A stretch of 61,621 bases of DNA, counting the filler, from Choristocarpus tenellus KU-1152 (Eukaryota; Protista; Phaeophyceae): NCBI GenBank assembly GCA_964200185.2. It is 7 parts of 7 records of this genome, joined end to end, with 100 filler letters (N's around TTAATTAATTAA, not from the genome) between each part and the next. Parts side by side here need not be neighbours in the genome. Positions count along the whole stretch, not along the records: positions 1 to 28,307 come from CAXNAD020000127.1; 6 more parts are not named here. One strand, 5' to 3'. Shown here piece after piece: positions 1 through 14,462 of the stretch. The notes under the pieces were generated by a model. It was given only the letters and a program-made list of their open reading frames with translations, did no database searches and had not been told where the DNA came from. How positions within the stretch are numbered: the first letter of the stretch is position 1; every line of letters begins with the position of its first letter. A program made the position numbers and the translations under genes.

Positions 1-71
1 CTTTTCCTGGATTTGGTCCAAAGGGGCACCCGGGTGTAGACAGCCCCCCCCCCCCCCAGATACTTTGGGCC
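1..71 (+). mobile_element. MITE family A, right end
   Basis: ...cacccgggtgtagacagcccccc...cagatactttgggcc matches 55590-55644. Confidence 0.85.
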
Positions 72-461
72 CAGTCCTACCCTCTCTTAAATGCTTTGGG
101 ACTGGATCTGTAAAATATTTGGTATTTTGCGATTTGTAAGGCTGATACGCACTAACTTTGGGTAAACCAGATCTACTGCCAGAGTTCAAATTTGGAGGTT
201 GACAGACTATTTATTGCTTTGTGTCATGTGCAACATGCTAATGGAATATCCAGTCAGTACTGCATGATGTAGTCACAGCTCTGTGAACAGCAGGATGAGT
301 GTGAGTCACAATGAAGATCAGTCAAATTGCTGAAGCTGACCAGGTAAGACGAATCAATAAACATTGATGTCCCTAGCCAAAGGCAGAGTGGATGTAAGGA
401 CCCACAAACTGCATCCTTTGTCCCCTTGTGCAAAATTAATATCCAATGGTTTGTGGCACAG

Positions 462-3400
462 AGATGGTCGGACTCCACTCCATGAGATTGCTGCCCGGGG
501 TGGTTCCCCCTCTCTCCTTCTCCTTGCAATTGCTCCAGACAAAGCGGAAGGCTGTGGTAGCGATGGAGGGGAAGGCGACAGTGGTGACCAGTCTGTGTCC
601 AGCAATAATGACAGTTCTACTGGAAGTGCCAGTGTTGTCGACAAACATGCAAGGGATTCAAACAAGGAGGTTTGTCACATCACTCCTGAAAAGAGGTGCT
701 CAGAGGTAACTGATAACACCTAAATATGTTTTGTGAGATAGGGCACTCAACATTGGGCTAGATACTCCTTTGACAAAAATATATTTTCTGTGACTACAGC
801 ACCTGTCTCTTGTACAATCCCTACTGCCATTGCTAAATCCCCACAGGTGGTGTTCAGAGAAGGGTCAGGAGGGGGGGCTCTGGAAGAGGGAGAAGAAAGG
901 AGAACGTCAGAGGGGAATGGGAACTTGGTCTTGCCACCTGAGGGTGGGGAAAGACACGCCTTTGCAGAGCTCCTTGACACAAATATTCGAAGTAAGACGA
1001 GTGGCCGAACCCCACTGCATGAGGCAGCTGCAGCAGGGTCAGTGGCAGGGGTAATATCTCTTCTTGAGCTTGGAGGAGACCCTCATTCTGTTGACGCTGA
1101 GGGAAATACAGTCCTTCATGTAAGCACCACCTGTGGAGGAGAGGCCTGCAATGGTTTGTTTGTTCATTCCATTGCATGGTGTATCATATGAAGCAGGAGG
1201 AGGATGTGTTTCTTGGACTGAAATTTGCATGGTCAATTTCTCTAGGATTTTCCAACTCCAATACCCTTGTTTACTGAGAACTTTCTTTATTACTCAAAAA
1301 GTATGCTAATTGTTGTAGCACCTGTCTTTGCCCTCTTTGCACCAGAATGGGGGTGGGATGGGAAGAGTTAGATGGGAAGCAGATCGCATGAAGTATGGTG
1401 AACAGGGAATTAGTTCTGAGGGGGAAAATATTTATCAAAGAGTGCATCAGTACTGGTGGTTGACGGCACCTCCTTACCACTGTGCTTTGGTGCTCCCCCG
1501 ACATTGCTCTTAGGTTGCAGTTGGAGAGGAGCCACCGTATGAGCCAGGAGACAAGCGCAGGCCAGAAAATGAGGCTCCAGGCACAGATGGAGGAGGTGCC
1601 ACAAGTGTGAGTTTTTTAGTTTACATTCTGTGTGGCTACTTGTAGTTCCTCAGCATATTGACGTAACCAGGTCTTGAATGCAATGGGTAAGACTATTGTT
1701 GCCAATCGATACAGACCATATCTATTCAAACTCTTGTGAAGGCAAGGAGTCTTCAATAGGTTTTCGCTGGTTAGTTCCTCTAGTCGTCTTTGCTACTGTT
1801 AGTTCTAATGACCAGACTATATTCGAGTATGATACTGGATTCGCGTAGAGAGACTGAAGACTGTGTTTTGACACAAGTGCATTTTGACTAGTAGTGCAGC
1901 AAGAACCGCCACAACGAACACTCCCCCACTCTGTCCTAGCAATGCTCCCCTGTCTGTGATGCCAAGATTCAGAATGTTATGAAAAATCTTTCCCCACAAC
2001 TCTGCATATCATAATTGCTGTTGAGCACAAAGACAAGTTTCGCACAGCATCAATCGTGTCACGTTCTATGGTAGTTTGTACATCATCTTTTTTCGGTAAC
2101 CCTGTTTTCTTGTGGGGGATGCATAGTAGTGTATTTGCTTTCAATTCCATAGCCCGTGCAGAATATGCAGTGCATCGCCCCAGTATATTAATCTCATTGC
2201 CTAGTCAAAGTCTTCTGATATGTATTCCTTCTGGAACTTCCACCTCAGCTATGATTTTCTGAACTGCCCAGAGCAAGTCTTTTTGGAGATGGATCATAAA
2301 GTTTTATTTTGAGCATCTGTACCTTGCAATGTGCAACTTGCCACGCTTTAGTGATACCGTCTGTAGAGGTCCTTGCAGCTCCGTAAACAACCTTCATAGC
2401 CACTCAGTGACCCAACTATCTGCAGTTTCGTCTTTGACTCGTCTAAGTTTGTCGAGGTAGCATACCCCAAATTACTCTGGCACTCCATTACCCGAAAAGA
2501 CGACATCAGCCTTAGTGTTTGTTCATGTATATTTGTAGTCATGGGCACTCAGGTGTCCCAGTCGCCTATATCAAGTGACAACTGATAGGTTTGTTTGTAG
2601 AAAGTGAAGCCTCCATTTCCTTGTCACCATCATCTTCATCTGAGGAGCAACGCATCTTTGAGGATTCTTATACCCCGTTAAATGATGAAGGGGGTAATAA
2701 TTAGTAGTCCACCCCCAAAAGTACATATCGCCCACTGCCCAAATGGGTATATGTTGCATGAGGTTCAGTTCCATATGGCAGTGTATCCTTCATTGGGTGT
2801 GTTCCATCAGGTGATCTTGTCGTGTATGTAGTCTTGATCGATACACTAATTTGTGATGTGCATTGTGGACGACTGATTCCAGCTGAGATGTGAATGTGAA
2901 GGTGTTAGAGTTATAGGTACATTGAATACTGCCATTGCCAAAGTGTACTCTTGTTGTAATACTTTGAAGTAGAAATGACACTATCATATGAGTCTCTCTA
3001 ACACATTCCCCATCTCTAACCTCTGTACAACTCAATCAAGCTTCCTCTCTTTGTGCTCACTCCAAAGGCAATATCCACCACTGCAACAGCAACGAAATGC
3101 ATGTCACTCTTAAGCAAGGTCGAGATTACCATGGAAGGTCACTCTAACCATGTAACCTTCAGGAGGTTTGATAATACCATCAGAATATGCTCAAGCTCCT
3201 GCTGAGTTCGCAGGGGTATTATCTCTTCTGCTGTTGTTGGAGACTAAGTTAGTACTGGAGATGGGGTTGAGCTCTTCCACCCTATCCTTCCTCACTTAGT
3301 CATAGTTGGTACTACAGGCAAGGTTGAGCTCTTCCTTCCCAGTCTCCCTCTCTTGATAATACCACTAACGGTTACCAGCTTTACCAGGTCGTACATGTGC

Positions 3401-5711
3401 TATTGGAGAATGGGGCAAACCCCTGGGCCATTGGAGCGGGGGCAACGACTGTGTCAATGCGTGCAGTCCAGTCCGGTCGAGTGGGAGCCCTCCGTGAGGT
3501 GTGTATATGGGGCAAGATGAGTTGTGAGAATGTCAATTTTTCAAATTTCACAATTGTGATCTTTGTAACGGCAACATTCCGCTATTTTCTTACTGGTTTA
3601 TCTTCTGCTGACTGGCACAGAAACACACGAGTGATGAAGCTCCACACACGTTTCTGTTGATAATATTTGTCAGGATCCGTTTCCAGCGTTTTTTGATGCA
3701 AGTACTTATTGACACAAACATTGCACTTGGGTCCTGTGGATTGCTTCTAAACCCCTTGAAGGCGCAGATGTTGGTGCACTTCTACAGTAAACTTAACTCA
3801 GTCATTAATGGTGCAACTGTTGTAGTTAGATTCAAGGCTAGAAAGGTACTAATGGAATATACCCCGTATCTCATTCAAACCTCCCAGATACGACAGGCTA
3901 TGGCTAAAGAGAAGGGGGAAACTTGCAATGAAGAGCCTGATCAGGAGGCTCTTGGAGAGTTAGCCATTGTTGCGGTCAGGGAGGGATGGGTTGGATGCCT
4001 ACAAGCCTTAACAGAAGGCTGCAAGGCCCAGGTATTACGTGGACCTTCCGGATTGTATATGTTGTTTACGACTCTCAGTGGTAGATGAGCAGCGCTAAGT
4101 GTCTCAAACAATATCTCAAACAATGCAAAATTTTGTGGACCAGTTGCACGGGACATGGTTGAGGATATTGGATAGCTGTCTGTGCAAGAGAGGTTTTTTA
4201 CCCCCCTGTACTCACATCTAATAGCTCAAAAAAAAAAACACTGAGTAAATGAACATCTCTATAGGTCAAACTATTGCTTGGAGAAGCCGTCTATCATCAT
4301 GATAAGCATCTGTACCCCCCCACAACAATGCCAAATAAGCGAGGTCAGAGTCGCACCACTCTCTAATGGGGTTTCACATCTCACATAGTATGGTCTACAA
4401 ATAGGAGGGATGTGAGGTGCCAGTGTCAAACATTCTTTGGCAGCAATGTTCAAATTAATGCTTGTGAAACTCTATTAGGGTATAGCATATATGTTCTCCA
4501 ATGTATGTTGTAGATAATAATGGAATTGGTATTTTCCAACTGGGTGAAGCACACCTCGGTGTAAATGTCATGATAATTTAATTCCATAACATGCCAGTTT
4601 GACTTCTGCTCTGAAGAGGAGTTCCTGTCCTGAGCCAACCACCATTTCCCTCCAAAATACATCTACTGTTTAGCAGAACCTGAACCCTCCCACAGATCTC
4701 CTTCATTCCCTACTGTATTCCTTTCTCCTTTGCCCTCGGATATGCCAGGATGTTCTGGCCTGGAGAGACGAAGCTGGACGTCCCCTGATAGGACTGGTAA
4801 TAGAAGCAGGGGAGGATGAATGTGTGGAGCACGTAATATCACTGGGTGCTCCGCTGTCAACACTCTGTGACCACAACGAAAATACCATCTTGCACCTTGC
4901 TGCTTCCAGGAGTGATGTCCGCCTCCTGCAGAAGCTTATGAACAAAGCAAGTCTTGGTTGTGCACCAACCAACCTGGAATGGAGAAACAGGTGATTCCCT
5001 ATTGTCCACGCCCTAGGTAAAAGTCGAATCAACGAATGAACAAGAAAGAGTGAGTGGAAGTCCGGGTTGAAGAGGCGAGGATTGCATGCTTTGTCAAAAA
5101 TCGGCAGGGATATCTGCTTGGGTCTCCGCTAATCTGTTTGTCATGTAGAAGGTGTATGTCACATCTCTTCAAAACCCTCGAAATAGCCATTGCAGTTGAG
5201 CAACATTTATAAATCTTGCATTAGAATCAGCAGCCAATCTCTTGTCATTGTTGAACCTGATACCTTGCTACCTGCATCCACACCTTTCTTTTTCTGGCTA
5301 ACAGAGTCACAGGTAGTAATCGCCACAATAAGGAATGAATGCAGGTAAATCCATGGCAAAAAAGTCAAATAAGGTTGAAAGATGAAATTGTACACCGTGA
5401 CACCTCCTCCCTTCCATCATCTTCGTATCCACCCTCTCGCCTGCTCTCTTAGGACTGGGGACACTGTGCTGATGGCTGCCATGAGATTTGGTAATCTTTC
5501 CACTGCTGAGTACCTGGTCAAGTTCGGCAACCCCCTTACTACAGCTGCACACACCTTTCGCCATGCCTGGCTCATTGCTGCTGCTATACGGGTCAGTCTT
5601 CTGACACAGACAGAAGCACATATACAAGAGTACCTCATCCGCAGCTTATGCCATGAAGAGTCAAAACAAGACACCAGTCCCCCCCCCCCCCAACAACAGC
5701 AGCAACCCTGA
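462..5711 (+). CDS. Ankyrin-repeat protein, 5' partial; exons approx. 462-705, 847-1119, 1514-1606, 3388-3498, 3888-4031, 4749-4990, 5453-5711
   Basis: ANK motifs GRTPLHEIA, GRTPLHEAA...LLELGGDP, GNTVLH|VAV, LLENGANP, ENTILHLAA, GDTVLMAA; all junctions are GT-AG with consistent phase; stop at 5709-5711. Confidence 0.85.
1750..3200 (-). mobile_element. Highly degraded Ty1/copia-like pol remnant inside ankyrin-gene intron 3
   Basis: Minus strand near 2090-2150 reads GIESKYTTMHPPQENRVTEKR, resembling the copia integrase GIxHxxTxPYTPQQNGVAER motif; many stops; boundaries approximate. Confidence 0.45.
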
Positions 5712-8199
5712 CTTCTAACTGTTCTTCTTTAGTCTTCTTATGGATACACTTTGTTGCTCCAAGATCAATATGTGACGAATGCAGTAAATTGATACCGGTA
5801 AGGCAGAGCTTTCCTGGTTATAATACCGCTTCTTGGTTTAAATATGTATGGAAATGAGACCCCCTCCTTCCCCCCGAAGGTGACTTGGAAGACTCAAAGA
5901 GATGGGCAATAAATACTGAGAAACCAAGAAATAGCTCAGGGAAGAACAGCAATATGTTATGAAGTACCAAGTTCATGATATCGGTATATTGGTGGGCTTC
6001 TTACCTATTGGTTTTCTCTTTCGTATTTATAGGGAAAAAATCAATGATCACATCCTTTGCTTCTCAACAACGGATCTGCCTCGACGATGCCATAGGCCAA
6101 GATGCTACGTACTACTAGAGAGTTCACTTTTCCATTGGTACTTGACACAGAGTTATCAAGACCTCTACTATTGGCACTGGGGTAGTGTGGGGGGTATTTT
6201 ATCTATTACTTTACTGCAGAGAAGTGAAAGTGTTCTGGGAAATGAGAATGTGGTGCCCCTTCTTGACACAAAGAGGGGGGTCTCTGGTTCAAAGTCGCTT
6301 GTCAAGAAGGCCTTTGCTCAATAACCCAGTCCCTATTGGTAAGCCCCATATGACGTATTCATCGGACCATGATACGTCAATATACCCCGCTGCAATCTCC
6401 CACCTTGTCCTGGCTAAACTCTCTTGCAATACACAAACATCTTGAAACAAAAGGCTGTTGAGCTATGTCCCTGCGAGTCCTGTATTTTTGGACGGACAGC
6501 TTTGGAACGAAAGAATTTCTGCCGTGCGGCTACTCCAGTGAGAACAGGGGGTGAGGTGAGAGTTATGTAGAACGCCAATTGAACAATGTCGTTCATGTTT
6601 GAAAAGTCTACCCTTATTTCTGTGAGAAGTGATTAGTAACCTATGGTGCGGTTTACTTGAGCAATATTGTCAGGATTAGTGCTAGAATAACTTGTTTTGG
6701 TGACAATGATTGGTGTAGCTGGATTGCTATAGTGTCCCTGTGAGACAGGACATGACACACGGAAGTATGCCTTTCAATACTCAAGTGTGGTGTTTATGAT
6801 TTGGGCTTGGACGATAAGGGTCTCTCATCCCTACCTGATTCGTTCTCTTCTCAACAACAGTGTTTGGATAGCGGAGTCTGTTAATTACATTTGCTGTGAT
6901 GCTGGGTTTTATCCAGGATGCACCGGTTCATTTTGATATGGTAGCGCAACTGTTATGTCAATATTTAACAATAGTAGTGAAGCCTTTCCAGGAGAGAAAA
7001 ACACTACAAGGTAGAGTTCTTTTGATGGAACCCACTGGTTAAGCAGAAGTATGTGGCAAGCCAGATTATTGGTCACATGTGCAGCATTAGATTTCCGTCC
7101 CCACCTCTAGAAATTTGTAAGCCCACACAACTGTTGCATACTCAAGTATATTAGTGAGTATATACTAATCACTGCGTGCTGTGGGGTGGGTTGTCCTTCC
7201 TTGAACTTATAGTAGCTTCATCCCTTCCAGACTGCTAGCCTCCACTCACATAAAACCACAATACAAGTACTGCAGCACATACTCCGGAGTATGATTGAAA
7301 GTAGAAGGCTAGACACTTTGTGCTCCATTCATGGTTCCAACAAGCACTGAAAATTTAAGATAGAGGTGTAGACATCATGTTCACCAGGGTTATGTGACAT
7401 TTGTATCATACCCTTACGCTGATATGGTGAATCTCAATTACCTAACTTGTTGTCCATCCCTAAATGTTAATGCTATACTTTCCCTACCCCATCCTACCAC
7501 TTGACTAGGAGAGCGAGTCAGACTCGTCAACAACTTCACCTACATTGCTGACCTTGGGATGACTACATTAAGCCATCATGCTGAATGACTTTCCTGCTGT
7601 AGACCCAATATTTACCCAGAAAATGGTGTCCCTGGCAAACGTTCAATGACAGCGGATTTTATAGTACAGAAGGTCATAGGTGTGATCACAAAGCAAAGGG
7701 TAAAGCGACTATAGAAATTCTTGTCTGAAGTTCCTTGTGATACGAAGTTGTCACATTCCTAGGAATTTAGAACAGTGCAAAGAAGGGGGGTCAGTCAACA
7801 GTACACACACGGGCTCAAGATTGTTTGTGGCAATGACCATGCGTAAGGATTGGTCTATCCAGGTCGAGAGAGCTAGTGAAGAGAGATGTATAAATTGTTG
7901 CAATACCGTTCACTCACAAAGGTTCTGGCAGATCACGATGAACTGTAATGTTAGCTGAAACAAATATGTGTTACAATGTGATCTACGTTGTATCTTTGCT
8001 CCCCAGTGCATACATCACATCGCCACACGGAGCAAAAAAGGCATTTGCCCTAAAGTTTATCAAAAAAAGCCTGACATGAAAAATCGAACAAGAACAGCAG
8101 GTTGTGGTGGCTTTCTCCTTAAATCTTGAAGGAGGAAACAGATCAAAATTAAGATTGCCAATTCGAAACGGTGAAGCAAAACTGCAATGAAAAATGTGC

Positions 8200-10250
8200 T
8201 TCATGGTACTTGCTACGGTTAACCTGAAAATTTACATGAAATCATAACAAGTGGAGGAAAAGGTAAGGCAAGTATAGCGCACCAGATCTCGCTCCGACAC
8301 AGCAGGGTATGTGTCTGGTGTAATCAATGCATGAAAATTCTCTTTGTAGATATGTGTAGAGAGAACTTTAGTACTCAAGGGTTGAAGTAGCTTCTCGTGC
8401 CCTCCATGAATCAGAGAAGGGTGATATGTAATTCATTGTACTTCAAAGTAGATGAGTTTAAGAATGAATGTTCATAGGAGTGCTTCTATACACCCCTTCA
8501 AAATTATACTCCATGCTCCTCTACAGCAACCACCTCCTCTGCATCCATAAGCATCCTTTAGAGAACACAAGGAAACTCTATGTCAGAGAATAGTATCCCT
8601 CTAAGTAGAAGTTAGACACAACATGCTTAACACTCTTTACCCAAGCGATTGGTTTGTGCACAGGAGAGGAATTGGTCCAGAGCAACCCTACCAAACAGGC
8701 TTGCCTCTGTGAAACAAGTACAGCAAGAGCCTTTAGCTTGATCTCTTCAGTCACACACTGACCCATAGACAAGAGGTTCACTGCTATCCTTTATTTCCAG
8801 AAAGAAACTATAAAACCCAAGGCAACCTATCACGGTCTACTGCCTTCTCCTCTATTGTGTCCTTTGTGGGATACCATTCATCCAAGCCCAATGTTCGACA
8901 GGTCATGTCCTGATCTCTGGGTATAGAGTGAGAAGGTGATAGATTTGTGGTGTTATCTGCACTGTGTCTGAATTCCTCCTGCCAATATTGGGGTAGGGGT
9001 GTACGGAGTTGTCTGTATCTTTTAGAAGGTGACCCTTTTGCTCCCTGGTGCTCAAAAATAGTTCGGTGTTTTGCTGCTACTTCTGTCAGCAGCTGGACAC
9101 CCTTCTCAGTGCCACCTTTGTACTCCTCTAGGTCCATGGAAGCATGACCAGGTGTCAGCATTTTCTTCACCTTTCCGGTGTACATGTTTGCAGAAAGACA
9201 TTGGCATTGGTATCCAAACATCAGGTAGGCGTAGGTGGTTCTATCTTAAGGCAACATGCATTTATTTGTGGTTACTAAAATTATACTGACTAAATTTCCT
9301 GCCATAGACCAGTGCTTGGCTGAGTGGTTCTTTTCCCACTCCATGGTATGGGAAAAAACGGGCGCGCACCACAGACTAGTGGGGATATGATGGCATAGGC
9401 TGGACGAATAGCATTGTGAGGGTTGATTATGTAACAACTCAAATAATACCAAGAGCACTGCAGGGAATACCAGACAGGTAAGGTAGAACACATTGCAGAA
9501 CCAGTCATTCATGGATCACATGAATATGTCATAAGTATCACCTGAGCATTCTTGGCAACCATCTTGATGGCAGTGGATATCGCCATCAGACTCGTAAGGA
9601 TGGCAAACCTGACAACGAATACAATAGACCCCACAGCTGTCCACCCTGCAGCCTTGATGGCAGCCCCAAATGTCCCAAACGTTGCCACTAGAGTTCGGTT
9701 GACAAAAACGTATTTTTTGCTTGATTCTCTCCGCCCAGATATGTCTCTGCTCTTGTGCTCATAGTTTGAGGCATCATATCCATAGGTATCAGATCTTCTT
9801 TGTCTTGCTTTGCCTCGTTGAAATTTGTCATTGTTACATATCAAGTGTCGACCAGGTCCTGTATCCCCTTTTTCGTTTCTGCACCTTAGGACACTTTCAA
9901 TTCTAGTAGCACTGTCGTTGTAATTGGTGGAACTGCAACTGTCGGTATTGTAACTATTGCTACTTGTGCTATTGCTGCTACTCCTGTTGCTGCTGCTGCT
10001 GCTGCTGCTTCTATTGCTGCTACTGCTTCTCGTCCTGTTTCTCCTGTTCATGCTCCCCCTTCTTCCGTTTGTAATGTTTCTCTTCTTCCTCGAGTCTCTC
10101 TGATGATGGACCTTACTGTTATGCCCCTTTTTTTGCCCAAGTTTGGTAACATAGATATCAGGCACTTCTTCATGAGATGGCTCTCCTCCCATTAGAATCA
10201 TTGAGAACCTGGCAGCTAATCCCTTGTGATGTTGGGTTTCCCGCTGGTTG
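8200..10250 (-). mobile_element. Degraded LTR-retrotransposon-like (copia-like) remnant
   Basis: Low-complexity gag-like ORF 9509-10201 followed by integrase-like fragments (YWQEEFRHSADNTTNLSP) and RT-entry-like KPIAW; fragmented. Confidence 0.35.
9950..10030. repeat. Imperfect (GCT)n microsatellite encoding a Ser-rich tract on the minus strand
   Basis: tgctgctgctgctgctgctt with flanking degenerate copies. Confidence 0.85.
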
Positions 10251-11135
10251 CAAAAGAAGCAGCAACAGCTATTTGTTATGATGGTCTGACTGAGGTATAC
10301 TACCCAAGGATTGAAGCGATATTGTGGAAGAAGTTGAAGAGTATTGTCGTGTTTTTCTGTGGTTGAACCCTATTGGAAACAAAATCTCTCGCTTTTGCTT
10401 TGTTTTTGCAAGGTAACCCTTTCAATTTTGTTTTTTCAATAGAGTAATATGTTGACTTGGAGGGGTTGCAGCGATTCTGGTTCGACCATACTACATATAG
10501 TACATTCAGTTTGCTAGCTGAACCTATTGTACTTGCTGAATTGCAGAATAAACGCAATGCACAATATATACATGCAGCCCGCAAAATTTCTCAAGACTCA
10601 ATTTCGATACCATTTGCGTCATATCTCAAATCTCACATTCTCCCTTTCTTGTCTGGTTGCCAAAGTCGGGGTCATGAGATTAGTGGAGATCCTGCCTGTT
10701 CCAGCATAGGGAGTTACGCATTCCATGTTTCTCGCGAGGTCTTCATCAGGCATCTCCATGTCCGGTTGTACTTTGAGCAAACGCGAGTCTTCGGATGGAT
10801 TCTTCTCAAGCGCCAGTGGAGGTCATTTACAGATAAGTGAAGTGCATCACCGTTTGTAACAGAGGATACATACGCCGTAGTCCACGACCATTCATCATCG
10901 TCGTATGTGTCCACAAAAATTAAAAACGTGGGAGTTTGTGAATGGCAGGACTCCCTCGTTGAAATCCTCCAGAACTCAGTATCTACCCTCACCATTATGT
11001 TTGAGGCTCAAAACATGTGATGCGTATGTGAAGTGCTTACAAGGGACTTGGTGGGGAACCAAATAATCTGTTATTGATAAACAGGGTTTGTCTAACGATG
11101 AAAAATGATGAACGGGAGTGAGAGATGTAGCATAC

Positions 11136-11258
11136 CTCCAATAGATCGGCAGAAACCCACCGGGATTCCCCAGTTAAGTGATTGTACTGATATGGATATC
11201 CATCCTCCGATGTGTACAACACCCACCCTTCACAGAAATCACTCATGACAGACTGCAT
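11136..11258 (-). CDS. WW-domain protein, first exon (downstream exons unresolved)
   Basis: MQSVMSDFCEGWVLYTSEDGYPYQYNHLTGESRW matches the WW consensus; followed by donor GAG|GTATG. Confidence 0.7.
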
Positions 11259-11454
11259 CGAATAACGTTTGGGGGAAGTGGTAGGTGAATGAGATTGTTA
11301 ATGTAAGTCTCACACGTTTCATTATCTTTCATCTTTCATAAATCATGTTGGGCCGCGCGCACCCCCCAAAATATGTTGGAAAGTTCCATACCTTGACACT
11401 CTCTCCTATTCAACTTTAGCACGTTTGTCACGTGCGTTGAATCCTTGGCTCATC

Positions 11455-13686
11455 ATGCTCAAGAATATGTCTAAATCTTTGCTTCTCTTTGCCCTATTTA
11501 CCCTAGGCTGTACATGGGTCCCCACGTCTTCGTTCTTGTTGCCTTTGCAGCGATCTATGTCTTTTGTACGCGTGCAACCTCGGCTTGGACGAGTTGTTAT
11601 GATGGGTGCTGGAAAGAAGAAGAGGAAGGTACACTGTTATTCATTGTTGATCATTCTCTTACCCTTGCCATTTCGATGTTATCGTTTAGCAGTAGTCCAG
11701 GGCTATGTTGGTTGGTTAATCCCTCCTGCGTGACCACTGTCAGGAGGAGAAGGAGGCGAGGAAGGCTAACCCTTCTGGTAGTAGCAAGGAAGATACAAAA
11801 CGAGCCCTTTTCGAAGCTGAATGTCTGGTCCAAGGATTGATGACTCAGTGCAAGGAGAAGAGAAGGGACTTAGATGCAATCGCCAGGACAGTCGATGGAC
11901 TTCGCACTCTCTCCTCTTCCCTGAAGCCAGCTCAGAGCACTTCCCTAAGCAAAGACTGGCGACTGTTTTTCGTCAGTAGCGACGATGCTCTGTCAGCTAT
12001 GGGTACGGGGCTTCACAAGCTACCCTTGACGAGGATGGAGGTGTGTGTGTTGCTCGACAATAGAGGTGCACGTCTTTTGAGGTCAATGACGTTCAGGGGC
12101 TGTCAGACCGATAGTCGTTTGTGGTTATCCTCTCTCAGCATGTGGCGCGAGGAAATTGATTTGGATGGTAGCAATGTTCACTAAGGTTTATTTATGTTGG
12201 AGAATTTAAGGGCTTTGCAATATCCCTAATGCTGGGAAGTATTCTATCACTTCAATTGTTGTCATTTGTGTTCATATCACCTTTGTTGTGACCGCTGAAA
12301 CTCAATCCATTTGCAAAAGTAGAGCAGAAAGTCCTATCACCATGTTCTTCTCAGAGTGTATCAGATACACCATGGTACCCCTGAGTTTGCTTGTATATTT
12401 ACCCACAAATATCGAATTCAGTCTTGTTACACCCCCATTTGTCCTGCTGTTATCTTGCATCGCTTACTAACCAGGACTTTTTTCTGTCCATTAGCGGGAG
12501 TGGTGCAACTGGAAGACGTATAGAAGTGGTGGAAGTTATGCGTATTCTGGGTAAGTTTCCTCTACCTGTGAGATTCCCTGGTGTGGTCTGCTTAATATTT
12601 AACACATGTTTACAAGGATAGGGAGAGGTATTATGTCATGGCAAAGGATGTATTTACCCCTCCTTCTGTTCGTCCCAAAAGTGTGCTGGTCTGCGTGGAT
12701 GTTGGGTACTCCATCCCTTGTCCTGTTTTAAGTCGAGCAATTGATATGGGCTATTTCATGTCGCTGATGGTACTGCAAACTGTCCTTGATGAAGGGACTT
12801 CAACACACACACACACACACACACATGCCTCTGTGAATCATTGCATAGGCACACTTTCATAGTCCACCTACTACACTTCTATCCTAGACAAGGGAGGATA
12901 GCCACTGTGGACTGAGGACATTTCACCACTAGTGGACAAATACCTGCACCCTGTATTCATCAACACTGACAACCTCACTGCCACTCCTTCGACATACCTG
13001 TGGTGCAGTCCTGAATACCTCTAAGTAAGAAGTTCAATTTTGAATTCGAGCAGTTGTGTGTATCAAAGATCAATTCTCCACTCTCTCCTCATTCCCAACC
13101 CCCCCCCCCCCCATACCATTACCAACACCCATCCTATGCCTTTGCTTGTCTGTTGTCCAGGTCCTTTCCCGAATGTGCGAAACACACTGAAAGGCATGTG
13201 CAAGTGAGTAGAACTTTCCTGCGATTTATTCCTGTAATACTGTACATAGGAGAGACTTAATTCGCAATCACCTTAGGAACCGGTGGAAATGCATGCCTTC
13301 AAGCATGACAATCATACCCCTAACCCCTCACCCTACCCAAGTGAATTACTGATCATATGCCCTGCTGTGTGGCCCTGGGCCCTTACTTCATGTGCAAACT
13401 TTGCCACTGCCATCCAACATCGTCCATCAGGGGGGTGGGGCCTAATTCGCTCTCAATCAAGTACACGTCCATGGTGGATGGCACGGGCAAGGAAGTAAAG
13501 TCTGGAAAGGGGGAATTGGATAGGGATTTCGAGGTTGATGTTGCTTTTGCAGGAATGGACGTGATGGTGATGGCACTGAAGGGGAAAGGTGAGGGAGACT
13601 CGGCACGAGGTGGGAACTGGGGACAGCTGGTCTTCCGCCGGGAACCAGATATTAGTGATGCGCTGGCAAAGCTACGGGTAGATTGA
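11455..13686 (+). CDS. Plastid-targeted PAP/fibrillin-like protein; exons 11455-11628, 11744-12040, 12475-12550, 13161-13203, 13431-13686
   Basis: Signal peptide plus ASAFAP-like site (PTSS-FLLP) and an Arg-rich transit peptide; DWRLFFVS and G|PFPNVRNTLKG motifs; five in-phase GT-AG exons. Gene model is well supported, the fibrillin call is moderate. Confidence 0.75.
12803..12824. repeat. (AC)n microsatellite in an intron
   Basis: acacacacacacacacacacac. Confidence 0.9.
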
Positions 13687-13956
13687 TTACAGTAGTATTG
13701 CGAAATCTCCCACAAAGGATCACTCCAACTGTGGTTAGGCATGCCACGAATATGTTTTCTTTTTTCATGTTCAGTTGTTGCCCAAGTTCTGCTCTATGGC
13801 ACAGCACCCCATGCAAGACTTGGTGTGTCGCTTGATGTAGGTGACTGCAGTTGCTTAACAGTGCACTGTTGTTTCCTCCCTTTTTTGTCAGTTACACCAT
13901 TGATAGATCCTGAAAAGCAATAGGATTAATTAGCACTTTAGCCGCCACGAATCCTA

Positions 13957-13970
13957 TTAGGGTTAGGGTT
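13957..13970. repeat. Short interstitial TTAGGG repeat
   Basis: ttagggttagggtt. Confidence 0.5.
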
Positions 13971-14462
13971 AAGGAAAGTGATGCATGGTCTGAGGTAGGA
14001 TATCTGAAGTAGGAAGGCTTTGTTGTCCATTCAGTAAGGCATGCTAGTAGTTGGTGGGATTTGTTTCAGCTGGGGCATCCAAATGATGCAGCGGATCATT
14101 AGCGTGAATACAATTTGAAGACACACTTACGATTCCTACTTAGAAGCAGCTGCAGCAGTATATTTCCATTGTCCTGGAGGCGTTACACGCTTTTCAATCT
14201 GACATTTTCAAGGGAACGACTGAAAGCCATGGATGTAGATATTCCTCACGTGAGCTCTAGAGTAGGGGAGTCATGGATAGAATTGAATCTATTGTAGCTG
14301 TATGGATCACAAGATATCCTGGAGTGTAATACATGGCAGGTGTGTTAGTGATGTCGATGTGATCTGTTTCACTCTCTCTCTCTTATGGTTAAATACACTG
14401 CTGCACTTCCAGCTCATGTGTGCACTATTTTAGAAGTCTGACTGGAAGGTGCACTTTCTAAA

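Noticed and set aside
5959-8200. Short ORFs between the ankyrin gene and the copia-like remnant
   Set aside because: No recognisable motifs or consistent splice pattern; probably decayed repeat DNA
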